A DNA stretch of 64,000 bases from Octopus bimaculoides. Taxonomy: Eukaryota. Positions within the stretch are counted from its first letter, which is position 1. Each line of letters begins with the position of its first letter. The translations under genes and the position numbers were made by a program. The notes under the pieces were generated by a model, which saw only the letters and a list, made by a program, of their open reading frames with translations, did not search any database and had not been told where the DNA came from. The stretch is from NCBI RefSeq assembly GCF_001194135.2, contig NC_068986.1, positions 51,077,066 through 51,141,065 of the forward strand. Direction: 5' to 3'. Shown in pieces: positions 50,875-64,000 of this stretch.

Positions 50875-52155
50875 AATGGACTGTGCGGTAACAAGTTTAC
50901 TTCCCAACCACATGGTTTCGGATTCATTCCCGTTGCGTGGCACATTGGGCAAGTGTCTTGTACTATTGGCTCGGGCTGACCAAGGCCTTGTGAGTGGATT
51001 TGGTAGACGGAAACTGAAAGAAGCTCGTCGTATATATACATGTCTGTGTATGTGACTTTGTGACTGTGCATTTCCCCCATCACAGTGTTAGTGTGTTTGC
51101 GGCCCTGTAACTTAGCGTTTCGGCNNNNNNNNNNNNNNNNNNNNNNNNNNNNNNNNNNNNNNNNNNNNNNNNNNNNNNNNNNNNNNNNNNNNNNNNNNNN
51201 NNNNNNNNNNNNNNNNNNNNNNNNNNNNNNNNNNNNNNNNNNNNNNNNNNNNNNNNNNNNNNNNNNNNNNNNNNNNNNNNNNNNNNNNNNNNNNNNNNNN
51301 NNNNNNNNNNNNNNNNNNNNNNNNNNNNNNNNNNNNNNNNNNNNNNNNNNNNNNNNNNNNNNNNNNNNNNNNNNNNNNNNNNNNNNNNNNNNNNNNNNNN
51401 NNNNNNNNNNNNNNNNNNNNNNNNNNNNNNNNNNNNNNNNNNNNNNNNNNNNNNNNNNNNNNNNNNNNNNNNNNNNNNNNNNNNNNNNNNNNNNNNNNNN
51501 NNNNNNNNNNNNNNNNNNNNNNNNNNNNNNNNNNNNNNNNNNNNNNNNNNNNNNNNNNNNNNNNNNNNNNNNNNNNNNNNNNNNNNNNNNNNNNNNNNNN
51601 NNNNNNNNNNNNNNNNNNNNNNNNNNNNNNNNNNNNNNNNNNNNNNNNNNNNNNNNNNNNNNNNNNNNNNNNNNNNNNNNNNNNNNNNNNNNNNNNNNNN
51701 NNNNNNNNNNNNNNNNNNNNNNNNNNNNNNNNNNNNNNNNNNNNNNNNNNNNNNNNNNNNNNNNNNNNNNNNNNNNNNNNNNNNNNNNNNNNNNNNNNNN
51801 NNNNNNNNNNNNNNNNNNNNNNNNNNNNNNNNNNNNNNNNNNNNNNNNNNNNNNNNNNNNNNNNNNNNNNNNNNNNNNNNNNNNNNNNNNNNNNNNNNNN
51901 NNNNNNNNNNNNNNNNNNNNNNNNNNNNNNNNNNNNNNNNNNNNNNNNNNNNNNNNNNNNNNNNNNNNNNNNNNNNNNNNNNNNNNNNNNNNNNNNNNNN
52001 NNNNNNNNNNNNNNNNNNNNNNNNNNNNNNNNNNNNNNNNNNNNNNNNNNNNNNNNNNNNNAAATCCTGGAGTCGATTTCTTCGACTAAAACCCTTTAAG
52101 GCGGTGCTCCAGCATGGTCGCAGTCAATCGACTGAAACAAGTAAAAGAATAAAAG
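50875..52155 (+). mobile_element. Family-A SINE split by an N gap (5' 50875-51124, tail 52062-52155)
   Basis: Family-A motifs on both sides of the gap; could be two copies. Confidence 0.65.
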
Positions 52156-52251
52156 AATATGTATATGCATATATGTGTGTATAACCACATGTGGATCGTT
52201 GGCGATTTTTTCCTCCGTCTTCCTTTTCTCTTGGACTTTTCTCTGTCTCCT

Positions 52252-52287
52252 GTTTATGAAGAAGAGCTTTTGCTCGAAACGTAAAAC
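52252..52287 (+). ncRNA. Minimal Penelope-type hammerhead motif with a core mutation, inside a probable pLTR fragment (52180-52400)
   Basis: gttt-ATGAAGA-a-gagc tttt gctc-GAAA-cg-TA-aaac; helices I and II intact, palindromic ACGT, C3 replaced by A. Confidence 0.5.
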
Positions 52288-52405
52288 TACCTTTCTTTCC
52301 TTCTCTGAGCGCTTGCTAATACTTTGCATATACCACGTCCTCGCGTTGTTGCTCTTTTCTTGTGTTCTTACTTCCTGTTTTGATTTTGGATTAACTATGT
52401 ATGTT

Positions 52406-52436
<31 letters not shown>

Positions 52437-52629
52437 GTGTGTGTATGTGTTATGTCTCAAGCTACTACTATCTAGCACCTACGGATGATCTCTACTCAAC
52501 CACTAACCGACTGCTACTCAACAGCTCTACCAACGGCTAGACAACCTCTATTTATATGTCTTGGACGATCCTATTTCTTCGCTTGGGGGCGTCGACACAA
52601 CAGTATGTATGTATGTATGTATGTATGTC

Positions 52630-52846
52630 CGAGGGGGCGCTGAAAAGGTCTTGGCTTTGGGTTAAAGAAAATACTGGAAGATCAGTTAATTATGATTTTA
52701 TTCAACATATTCCCATCTCAGATTCACACACTTATTGCAGCGGTACTTTATTTTTTTTAAAACCTTGTAAAAAAAAATGAAGGTTGGGCTTCCAGCCAGG
52801 CCTTTCACGACACACTTAAAGCCAGGAACTTTTCAGTACCCCCTCG
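52630..52846 (-). mobile_element. mariner-derived MITE (copy 3)
   Basis: cgagggggcgctgaaaagg..tggc / gccaggaacttttcagtaccccctcg; reverse orientation of copies 1 and 2. Confidence 0.8.
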
Positions 52847-52875
52847 TNNNNNNNNNNTTTTCAGTACCCCCTCGT

Positions 52876-52974
52876 ATGTATGTATGTATGTATGTATGTA
52901 TGTATGTATGTATGTATGTATGTATGCATGCATGCATGCATGTATGCATGTATGTATGTATGTATGTATGTATG

Positions 52975-53021
<47 letters not shown>

Positions 53022-54084
53022 TGTCGTATTAACTGGAAAATAGAACTTAAAACAAGAGTATATATATTTTTTGTATTAATCGTCATAAGTTACAAAATGA
53101 CTCGAGGGTCAAGAGTTTCGTTCGTGCGTTAGCACATATCAAAGATTCATGTACACACATTCACGCGCAAACATACGCATTCACACATGTATGTTCGTAT
53201 GTATGTACGTGTGTATTTGTGTGCGTATGTGTATGTGTGTGTATGTCAGTGTGTGTGTGTGTTTGCGAGTGAGCACACTCTTGAATACGTGCGCGTTTGT
53301 ACATATTTGAACCCCCGCCTCATTACTCAGAAAATTACAAAACAAACAATAACAGTGAAAACAAATGTCTTATATTAAGCGAACAGGAATTTATGGACAA
53401 AACTATGAGACGAAATTATAATTAAATGTTTATAGATTGATGTTTATTTAAACATGGATTTACTGAGTTGGACGAAGCTAAGCGTGTAGACACGTCTGCT
53501 CATATTTGAAGACATGTGACATCTAAACATATGATCGTGCGCGTACATGTGTCTTAATGAACGTGTGTGTATGCAGTTCAACATTGAAATGCAAAAATAC
53601 GTGCAGACATGAATGAAAGCATGCTTGCGGCACTCATGCATATGTGTATGCATGCATGCATGTATGTTGGTATGTATGTATGTATGTATGTATGCATGTA
53701 TGTATGTATGTATGCGTGCATGTATGTATGTTTATGTGTGTGTTTGCATGCATGTTTGCATGTATGTATGTATGTATGTGTGTGCGTGTGTATGTATGTA
53801 TATATGTGTGTGTGAGTGTGTATATGTATGTATGTATNNNNNNNNNNGAGTGTGTGTATGTATGTATGTATGTATGTATGTATGCGTGCATGTATGTATG
53901 TTTATGCGTGTGTTTGCATGCATGTTTGCATGTATGTATGTGTGCATGTATGTATGTGTGTGCGTGTGTATGTATGTATGTATATATGTGTGTGTGTGAG
54001 AGTGTGTGTGTGTGTATGTATGCATGTATGTATGTATGTATGTGTGTGCGTGTGTATGTATGTATATATGTGTGTGTGAGTGTG

Positions 54085-54116
<32 letters not shown>

Positions 54117-54330
54117 TGTATGTCATTATTCAGTTTTATTTCAAGATTTCTTACCAATTGAGACAGAGTCGGTTTCTAAACCAAATCCAAGGCTCCTTCA
54201 TTGGAATTTCAACAACAGGGTATGTGTGTATGTATGTATGTATGTATGTATGTATGTATGTATGTATGTATATGTGCGTGTTTGCATGCATGCATGTAAG
54301 TATGTATGTATGTATGTAAATGTGTGAATG
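52876..54330. repeat. Compound (TATG)n/(TG)n satellite-like block with higher-order duplication
   Basis: Visible directly; the ~53680-53840 pattern recurs after the short gap. Confidence 0.85.
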
Positions 54331-55067
54331 TATACATGCCTATACGCATATATGTATGTGGACATACATACAAGCATACAGCCGAAAAGGTTAAGACGTC
54401 CGATTCGTAATCACATGATACTGAGTTCGATCCAAGTTCGTTGAATATGAGACAAATATATTTTATATATATATATTCCACGTGGCATATAGTACACATA
54501 ATGAATATGTCTTTCTCAACACTATTAAGCCATACTTTAAACAAAAGAGAAGAAACCTTTCTCTCGTGACTTTAAACCTTCAAATGTATTGTACAAAAGA
54601 TTTCGAACTCAGGCGTCTTGAACTTAAAGTCGACTTAGGGAAACAGCAAAGGTTTCTGACAAGTAAAATCAAACTGAAATTTAAGCTTAATGTTTTAGTA
54701 TTTTTAACAAGCCAACTACAGTCTCCCCTTAACAAAGACATATTTTTATGTGTGACACAAGATGTGAAATTGTGTAACACAAAGAATACCAAAACTCACA
54801 CAGAAAACCACCGAGGTGAAGTTTAAGCGAAACTCTGAATTTTCAGTTATAACTTAGCTTCCCTTGTGGAAACCAATGAAGTAGTGAAGTTCTAATGCCA
54901 TCTTCGATATGGACATTTTTCCTGATAGACCAACCCGTCCCTGTGATTCAACGAACAATTTTGACATTTAATGTAGTGGCAGATGGCACAAGCAGTACGT
55001 GTTGTTGATACTGTGTCTGTTTACGTGTATATACAAATATACATTGTATAATACATATTATATATAA

Positions 55068-57160
55068 CACCGGGGAACAAATAAAAAAACATTTTGGTGC
55101 CTCAGGTTTTGGACCTGATTTTAGGTATATTCAATCCTCCGAATAAGAATAGGTCCTTCATTTCTTTCTAGCAGCTCCACTTATTGAGATAATGTACAGC
55201 TGCCCACACATGAATCTGGGATAAGCCACCGACAGGGTTATTGTAGACTCAGAGATGGTCTGTAATGAATTTGACAAATACTTGAATATACGTTTAGAGA
55301 ACAGAGAAAATCCATTTCTGATTTTGTGAAAAGGGTATACTTAAGCTATTTCAAAATAAAACTAGGAGACCAAGATAAGACATAAACTCCACACATTGTC
55401 TGTAAAACTTGTATTGAGCACCTTCAGCAGTGGACAAATGGTACGAGGAAACGCCTGAAATTTGGTATGCTTTTGGTGTGGAGAGAACAGAGGAATCACA
55501 GTAAAGGTTGTTACTCCATTAATGGACGTAATCGGATTCAGTGAATGTATCCTGACTTAGACTCGGCAAAATGAAATACCAGTCCCATCATTCATTAATC
55601 TAGAAGAGCTCCCAGAAGATGAATCCTGTTCTTCACCTGTAAGCAGTAGTCATGATGCCAGTGATATTGAAAGGACCTCATTAGTGGCACAAGTTTTTAA
55701 TCAGCCGGAGCTCAATGACCTCGTTAGGGAGCTCAATGACCTCGTTAGGGAGCTCAATGACCTCGTTAGGGAGCTAATCTCTCAAAGAAATCAGAACTGT
55801 TAGCGTCTAGATTATCAGAAAAATATTTATTGTATTCAGAAACCAAAATCACATGCAATCACAATAGAAATTTACTGCCGTTCTTCTCGGAGGAAAGTGA
55901 TTTTGTGTTTGATTTTGACTTGCTGATGAAAATGGGCATATCACAATATCTGCCAAGCGAATGTCAGCTGTTCACAGACAATTCTAGGCGGGGCGTAAAA
56001 TATGTGCTTCTACACAATGGAAACAAATATGGATCAATCCTAACTGGTTACTCAATTAAGGTGACTGAAGAGCAAAAAATAATTGACCTGGTCCTACAGA
56101 AAATATCATACTACGATCACCAGTGGTTAATCTGTATGGATCTAAGGATGGTGAATTTTCTCCTGAGCCAGCAGAGTAGATACACTTAGTATCCCTGCTT
56201 TATCTGTCTCTGGGATAGTATATCTAAGGATGAGCACTGGGTGAGAAAACAGTGGCCTCTGAGAGAAAACATGGTAGCAGGAGAAAACAATGTAATTTCA
56301 GAACCATTGGTTGACCAGAACAAGATCATTTTACCACCATTGCACATCAAATTAGGTTTAATGAAACAGTTAATAAAGGCTCTGAACAAAGTGGGGGAGA
56401 TGCTTTGGTTACATCTGCAGAAAATTTCCAGCGCTGAGCATGGAGAAGCTAAAGGCAGGTATTTTTGAAGGTCCGCAAATCAGAGAACTCCTGAAAAATC
56501 CACAGGTAGATGCATGATCTTCTTTCACTTTGGTTGTACAGAATTTTCTTGGGAACTATAAAGTAGACAATTACACTGAGCTAGTAGAGAGAACGCAATC
56601 TTCTTTCCGTCAACTTGGCTGTACAATGAGTATCAAAGCGCATTATCTCCACAGCCATTTTCCCCAGAAAACCTTGGTGACCTAAATGAAGAGCATGGTG
56701 AACGATTCCAACACGATTTAAGAACTATGAAAGAAAGATACTGGGGACACTGGGATACCCAAATGATGGCAGATTACTGCTGATCTATTCAAAGTGATTG
56801 CCCTGGCGCAGCTCACCGCAAGAAGTTTGTGAGCTATCTGAGTAAATGAACAGTGTATCGATGACAACTTTCTATGCTTGCTTCATTAATTATCTTATTC
56901 TCTGTTGTAAATTCTTCATAAGTAAAAGAAATCTACGTGTATGAATTCGTTTTATTAACCCAGAAGGCAAAAACAATGATTTGTAGATATCATTGCTAGT
57001 GTTCCATCGGTCGTATACATTAAAATTAGGGGAATATCATATCTCCAGAGTAACCAGAGGTGATGGAGCCCCCACCTAAATTAATGGCATATTTAGAATC
57101 AGAGACCAAAAAAAAAAAAAGGTATAATATCTCAGGTACCAATTTTTATATTCCTCAGTG
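55068..57160 (+). mobile_element. ~2.1-kb TIR DNA transposon (probably Tc1/mariner-related; exact clade not determined)
   Basis: Imperfect ~75-bp TIR caccggggaaca..ttggtgcctcagg..ttttggacctgattttagg vs reverse complement of 57085-57160; TA at the right end. Confidence 0.7.
55255..56850 (+). pseudogene. Decayed transposase of the widespread LPPLHIKLGLMK family
   Basis: KLGDQDK..PHIVCKTC, VWRE..NH, ELNDLVR, VLLHNGNKY, HQWLIC, YPCFICLWDS, LPPLHIKLGLMKQLIKAL, EGPQIR, FLGNYK, EEHGERF, MADYC; multiple frameshifts. Confidence 0.8.
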
Positions 57161-57761
57161 TAATTGGTATGATTGTATCGCTGTTTTTGTCTACGTCTTC
57201 AAGTATATGATTTGTAATTATGCATTATTGAAACAATTGTAAACCGTTGAATAAACGTAACACCAACAACTCCGTGGCTGTGTTGTAAAAAGTTTGCTGC
57301 TCAACTAGCCTTGCACCGATCGAATCCTTGTGATTGGATTTGGAACACGGAAACCGAAAGAAGCACGTCGTGGCCGTATTCCATTTATTTGACATATCGA
57401 TACATATGCATTGTTTTAGCTTTATTCAATCCGTAAGCCATGGAGGCCGTTTGCAATTAAGCAAATCTACTCTATACAACAGTTTCAGAAACGATCCTCG
57501 TGTGAAAGTAACCAAATCTCCCTGAATTCATACATTACTCTCTCAGAAATAAAGGGCACACCGGGGAATTTTCTTCTTCGATATATTTCGATTTAGAAAT
57601 ACATAGGACGACCGTGTCCCGGACATTTTTGAGCGGAGTTATTTTTAATCATCTCTGATTTGAGACTAAAAATCAACCACGATTACGACGACAACATCAG
57701 CAACTACTTACTACTAATATTTAAGTAAACGAAGGAACTTTTTGCGCAGTCCTTGACTGGG

Positions 57762-58141
57762 TTGTTTGTTGTTGTTGTTGGCACTCCGTCGCTTACGACG
57801 TCGAGGGTTCCAGTTGATCCGATCAACTGAACAGCCTGTTCGTGAAATTAGCGTGCAAATGGCTGAGCACTCCACAGACACGTGTACCCTTAGCGTAGTT
57901 CCCGGGGATATTCAGCGTGACACAGTGTGACAAGGCTGACCCTTTGAATTACAGGCACAACAGAAACAGGAAGTAAGAGTGAGAGAAAGTTGTGGTGGAA
58001 GAGTACAGCAGGTTTCACCACCATCCCCTGCCGGAGCCTCGTTGAACTTTAGGTGTTTTCGCTCAATAAACACTCACAACACCCGGTCTAGGAATCAAAA
58101 CCGCGATCCTATGACCGCGAGTCCGCTGCCCTAACCACTGG
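57762..58141 (-). mobile_element. Young family-D SINE (5' end lost in the N gap)
   Basis: Near-identical to 15427 and 48458 copies; (AAC)n tail. Confidence 0.9.
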
Positions 58142-58536
58142 NNNNNNNNNNNNNNNNNNNNNNNNNNNNNNNNNNNNNNNNNNNNNNNNNNNNNNNNNNN
58201 NNNNNNNNNNNNNNNNNNNNNNNNNNNNNNNNNNNNNNNNNNNNNNNNNNNNNNNNNNNNNNNNNNNNNNNNNNNNNNNNNNNNNNNNNNNNNNNNNNNN
58301 NNNNNNNNNNNNNNNNNNNNNNNNNNNNNNNNNNNNNNNNNNNNNNNNNNNNNNNNNNNNNNNNNNNNNNNNNNNNNNNNNNNNNNNNNNNNNNNNNNNN
58401 NNNNNNNNNNNNNNNNNNNNNNNNNNNNNNNNNNNNNNNNNNNNNNNNNNNNNNNNNNNNNNNNNNNNNNNNNNNNNNNNNNNNNNNNNNNNNNNNNNNN
58501 NNNNNNNNNNNNNNNNNNNNNNNNNNNNNNNNNNNN

Positions 58537-58575
<39 letters not shown>

Positions 58576-59862
58576 TCGTTTGTGTCTTTGTTCATGTTTG
58601 TAGGTATAAAACCGTTGGTATCTGAACAAGTTTTCTTCTTCGATAAATGTTGATGGGAAAAATACAAGTCAATTAAAAACAGGGGTTGATATAATGTCCC
58701 AGTATAACACAAACAGAATAGTCACGATTTGGGTACCTTGTATCATAGGTTTGTTCAATCAGCGCTAATCTGGTGTTAAACAACAAGAAAAGCGCCACGT
58801 CCTGTGTTATTAGAATAAATTATATGCGGTAGAGGTGATAGAAACACGAACTGAATCGTTCTGGTGTTTATCTTTTCAAATGGCATTGAAATCAACGCAG
58901 TGAAGTGGTCTCCCTTTGTAGAAATCGAAACAACTTCTTGTCTCCATTTAGCTATAATTGTGCCATGCATCTGTCACATATTTCAGCGAACCATGGTAAA
59001 CATTGTAGCCAATTTACCCAGATACTTAATGGTAACTCTGCACGCTTAACATTATCTATATATCTTATCGATTCTTTTATTACATATACACATACATACA
59101 TACATACATACATACATAATATATATACAGAGAGAAGGAGTGAGGGAAAGAGAGAGAGAGGGAGAGTGAGATAGATAGAGAAAGAGATAAAATATATGCT
59201 CATATGCTTATACATATGTATGTATGTATGTATGTATATATGTATATATATATATTCCAATGAAAAGAAGAAGACAGAAAATTCTTTAACACACACACAG
59301 ACATGTGCATGTGTGCACGCGCATACACATACACGCACACATATCTACGTGCGCGCACATATACATACATACACATGTACAAATGCATCATGCATAATAA
59401 ATAAACAATTATATACATGTACTTAAATGCATATGTTTTTTAACTGTGGAGAGCAAACATATGTCTACTCATTCCATCCATTTACCAAAGATCTCGTACA
59501 CCGATTAGCAGCGAATAGCCTACAACCACCACGACCTTGAGACGAAGTGTCTGATGCTATCATACGGACCGAAGATCACTGCATCGCAACAAATTCTTGT
59601 GTAAGTATTCTTAATCTCTTTTGGCCATAGACAAATGTGATTTTATCGTGAAGGGGCTGGAGCAGGTTGTTGGGGGAAAATGGTAAAAGGCTGGGTGGTA
59701 GATGTTTCGCGATTTGATTAAAATCTTTGGATTACGGGAAGTAATGGCGAAAGGCTACAGAGAGCATTTACTTGTTTATTGGCGATATACCTGTGTATTT
59801 GTACCTGTTGTGTTGTGCGTGCGTGCGTGCGTGTGTGTGTGTATGTGTGTGTGTGTGTGTGA

Positions 59863-59893
<31 letters not shown>

Positions 59894-60014
59894 AGTGTAT
59901 GTGTGTGTGTGGCGGAGTAAAGAGGTACACACAGACACATCCATATTACATAGATATATCTCGATAGACATAAATGGATTGCTATATACATACATACATA
60001 TATATATATTTAGT

Positions 60015-60082
<68 letters not shown>

Positions 60083-60899
60083 GAGAGAAAGAGAGAGATG
60101 TAATTTCAGAGGCACATAGATATATGTATACACAATAGATATAGTGAGATACACACATGCACACAAGTATTTTTAAATTTGTACTTAAATGTGCTGTACA
60201 CTCTCTTCTGTTAAAATTGCTTAGAGTTTAAAAGATTGTCTTATGTAATCATAGTTATTCATAGGGACCATGATGTCATTTAATGGAGCTGTTGACGACT
60301 GTATACATCGGCAAATTAAGATTAAATTATTCGCGGTTTATATTATGGTTGTGGGGCTTTCATATAATTACGTAGATGTTAACGTTAGTTACAATTCGTC
60401 GTGAATACGCAGGATTTTCTTGAGGTTCATGAAAAAGAACTCTCCTACAGCTAATACACAGCTGATATCATGAAGGGACTAAGTAATCGCCGACAATAAG
60501 TAGCAGTCGTTTTAAAAATACATGAAGAGAAATATTAAACTCACCATATAAATTCATGGTAAAAACAAGTATCTCAAAGTGTGAGTCCACAGTTTTATGC
60601 AAAACATGCCAGAAGCCATTAAGAGTCAAATACTACATTATTGCAAACAAGCTAGAGTAAAAGGAGTCATCATGAAATTACCGAAGTATATCTATAAACA
60701 AAGCGTAAATTCATAGAAAAATATTGCACACCGTCCTGATGTATTCACAAATAACATATTAACTGTTTTGGACTTACAGAACACATTTGAAATTCTACTC
60801 AATATACTCATTAATCACAGGTACCTGGAGGAAGCAGATTTAAAGAAAGTGTCGAAGATGAAAAGAGAGAAGTGTCACTACCAACGATACCAGATAAAG

Positions 60900-62150
60900 C
60901 ACTGATGTTTAGAAATGATGCTTAGAAATGAATAAAAAAAACTTCATATTATATTATGACACATACTCAACACATACTCAAATCCTTTCTCACGAATCTC
61001 AAAACAGATACTAATGATTCATAATGAGGCAACTGATGTCAACGACTGTGTTATTATATGAACGTACGTAATATAAACCGTTGGTAATAATTTTTATTCA
61101 TCCGATGATATAGTCGATGAAAAGGTCAATTGAACGAAACCTTGTTTCGGATAATTTGCCCTTTCGGTGATCTTAGATATGAAACAGACACATACATATT
61201 TAATAATTTTTCGAGACTGATGATTCCCTCTGTATACTTAATGGCAAGTGTCTAATAAAGGTCCTTGTGTATAGAACAAAGAACTAAAGAGAGACTAAAG
61301 TAGCACCACGGAAAATGCATTAAAAATCCATTACACTCATTTCTTAATACATCTGAATTTTGAAAAATTGTAGAATTACTGACATCAACGAAAATGCAAT
61401 CTCATATTTAAATTGAACAAAAGGATACATACAGCTGGTGTTTAATAGAAAAGTATCACATACTAACTCAATATTTCAATACATAAACAGGAAATCCAAT
61501 GCCTGAACGAAGGCATTGGATGAAATTTCTTCTGAAAAAAATATTTGGTACATATCGTTGAAAAAATTGTCTAATTTTCTGTGAGGTTTGCAATAGGAGT
61601 TTCACTTTGACAACGACCATGTCCTAAACTCCCCAAATACATGGCCTTTTCTTAACTAACCTAGTATATACTCCTTTTCCTCTCTACTGCCCAGCATAAT
61701 AAATACCACAGCTACGGAAATATCGGAATAATTGAGGACATAATATAGAACTGAGCTACCCTAAAATAAAATACATTACAAGAACTATACTTGAAAGTAA
61801 GCTTATTAAGTACCCATCTACTACAATACTCAAAGGAGCCTACCAAATCAGTAACACAAACTCTGACCTAATTAGATAGAATCCTTACTTCGGTCAGTAA
61901 TTGGCGTGAAACCAAGGTCAACCACACAAATTTACAAACAGATCAGATTTCAGATTCATAACAACATCCCTTCATTCCTCCCTGAACCTTAACCGATAAA
62001 CAACTAACTGAATTCAGTTCGCATCGAGCCAAGCTGGTGGAAAGGCCCCGAACGAAGTTGTACAAAAAAATTATCCCCTGTTGCATATGCAACTGCCCAT
62101 AATCTGTGCAGTGGAAACATGTGTAGGTCATTGTAGACATAAAAATATGG
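60900..62150 (+). pseudogene. Highly degraded Penelope-like RT relic
   Basis: Scattered remnants HILKSFL, LPF, ETDT, ELKERLK..NALKI in the expected order; not a continuous alignment. Confidence 0.35.
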
Positions 62151-62422
62151 TGTATGACATTGTAAAATAAGAGGAAATAAATTTTCAGGATGTACTATTT
62201 TCCATATTCACTATCGTTATGATTATTACTAAGATACACTCCAGATGATATTACCATCCAGTGAAGTGAACACGTATTACCCGCCGGAGGAATTTACAGC
62301 TGAGTGACAAGTCGTAGTAGTAATAGATGTTAAATACTAATCGATGCAGCTAGCACTAATCTGGAACATACCTGAGAGCTACCACGGTATCCGCCTGGAT
62401 AATATATCCTTCTAAACTCACA

Positions 62423-62460
<38 letters not shown>

Positions 62461-63370
62461 NNNNNNNNNNNNNNNNNNNNNNNNNNNNNNNNNNNNNNNN
62501 NNNNNNNNNNNNNNNNNNNNNNNNNNNNNNNNNNNNNNNNNNNNNNNNNNNNNNNNNNNNNNNNNNNNNNNNNNNNNNNNNNNNNNNNNNNNNNNNNNNN
62601 NNNNNNNNNNNNNNNNNNNNNNNNNNNNNNNNNNNNNNNNNNNNNNNNNNNNNNNNNNNNNNNNNNNNNNNNNNNNNNNNNNNNNNNNNNNNNNNNNNNN
62701 NNNNNNNNNNNNNNNNNNNNNNNNNNNNNNNNNNNNNNNNNNNNNNNNNNNNNNNNNNNNNNNNNNNNNNNNNNNNNNNNNNNNNNNNNNNNNNNNNNNN
62801 NNNNNNNNNNNNNNNNNNNNNNNNNNNNNNNNNNNNNNNNNNNNNNNNNNNNNNNNNNNNNNNNNNNNNNNNNNNNNNNNNNNNNNNNNNNNNNNNNNNN
62901 NNNNNNNNNNNNNNNNNNNNNNNNNNNNNNNNNNNNNNNNNNNNNNNNNNNNNNNNNNNNNNNNNNNNNNNNNNNNNNNNNNNNNNNNNNNNNNNNNNNN
63001 NNNNNNNNNNNNNNNNNNNNNNNNNNNNNATCTTGCTGTGTCTGGGGAGGGTCATTCTGTTTTAATGCCTTATTAATTAACACACTTACCGGTTCATTAT
63101 TTATATTTTTTCTAAAATTTTCCTTGCTTCTTGCAGCCTCTTCAATAGTTGCTTATATATATATAAGCGTTTTATTTTGTTTTGAAGTAAAACAATGTCA
63201 TTTAGAAGATATAATACAAGTCTACGGATTGCACTTTTGCCTTGTATTTTAATACTTCTCAGGTAGGACCAATTCTTCAGTAAATGTTCAGTGAAATGAT
63301 GTTGTGAGCTAACTTCTCTGTTCTGTAGTGTTTGTACACGAATGCCATCTTGTTTGTATTTATTCTTACA

Positions 63371-63710
63371 GGCGCAGGCGTGGCTGTGTTGTAAGAAGCT
63401 TGTTTCCCAACCACATGGTTCCGGGTTCAGTCTCACTGCGTGGCATATTGGGCAAGTGTCTTCTATAGCCTCGGGCCGACCAAAGCCTTGTGAGTGGATT
63501 TGGTAGACGGAAACGGAAAGAAGCCCGTCATTTGTCCCTCCACTATCGCTTGACAACCGTTGCTGATGTGTTTACGTCTCCGTAAACTGGCGGTTCGGCA
63601 AAAGAGACCGATAGAATAAGTACTAGGATTACAAAGAATAAGTCCTAAGGTAGATTTGTTCGACGGTGCTCCAGCATAGCCGCAGTCAAATGACTGAAAC
63701 AAATAAAAAA
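63371..63710 (+). mobile_element. Family-A SINE lacking the internal microsatellite
   Basis: gaagcccgtc joined directly to atttgtccctcc. Confidence 0.85.
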
Positions 63711-63864
63711 ATAGTGCAGAGTTCTATCACTTTGTCTAAAGGTCGGTGTATAAGGTTTCTCTGGAAACTAGGTTTTGTAGAGTGATCAGCTGGGATCTGG
63801 AGCAATTGTATGATGGAGTGGAATGTTTTGGTAAATTGTTGAAAATTGAATGTTTAAGTCGCAT

Positions 63865-63865
<1 letters not shown>

Positions 63866-63935
<70 letters not shown>

Positions 63936-64000
63936 GCACCACGAACACCAGCACCAGCACCAGCACCAGCACCACCAGCACCAGCACCACCACCACTACC
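63866..64000. repeat. (ACT)n then (CACCAG)n simple repeats
   Basis: Visible directly. Confidence 0.95.

Noticed and set aside
52846-52874. Duplicated MITE terminus across a 10-N gap
   Set aside because: Typical contig-overlap artefact
56995-57015. Alternative right terminus (gttccatcggtcgta) for the 55068 transposon
   Set aside because: 57085-57160 gives a much longer match to the left end

Overview
AT-rich animal DNA, very dense in repeats and microsatellites, with about 20 assembly gaps (roughly 8 kb of N). The tRNA-derived SINE families and RTE tails look like octopus/cephalopod sequence; this is an inference, not a database match. I found no intact, recognisable protein-coding gene. Almost all ORFs in the supplied track are microsatellite or N-gap read-throughs, or decayed transposon frames. 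The window is a nested graveyard of mobile elements: at least four SINE families, RTE/CR1-type LINE relics, a Ty3/gypsy pol relic, Tc1/mariner relics and MITEs, a piggyBac-type MITE, a Helentron-type HINE, a 2.1-kb TIR transposon and a degraded Penelope-like stretch. Highlights: (1) an apparently intact type I hammerhead ribozyme at 46333-46383 (-), and a related 327-bp-period tandem/inverted repeat at 10233-11050 carrying decayed hammerheads, together resembling a non-LTR retrozyme or Penelope-type system; (2) a ~745-bp TIR-bounded mini-transposon that keeps only a SAP+SWIM accessory gene fragment; (3) several long foldbacks, including a 166-bp loop-less palindrome and a double-5'-end mariner; (4) a CpG-decay gradient suggesting a methylated gene body in the first ~10 kb. 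I do not claim a wholly new system; the ribozyme-bearing repeats are the best candidate.
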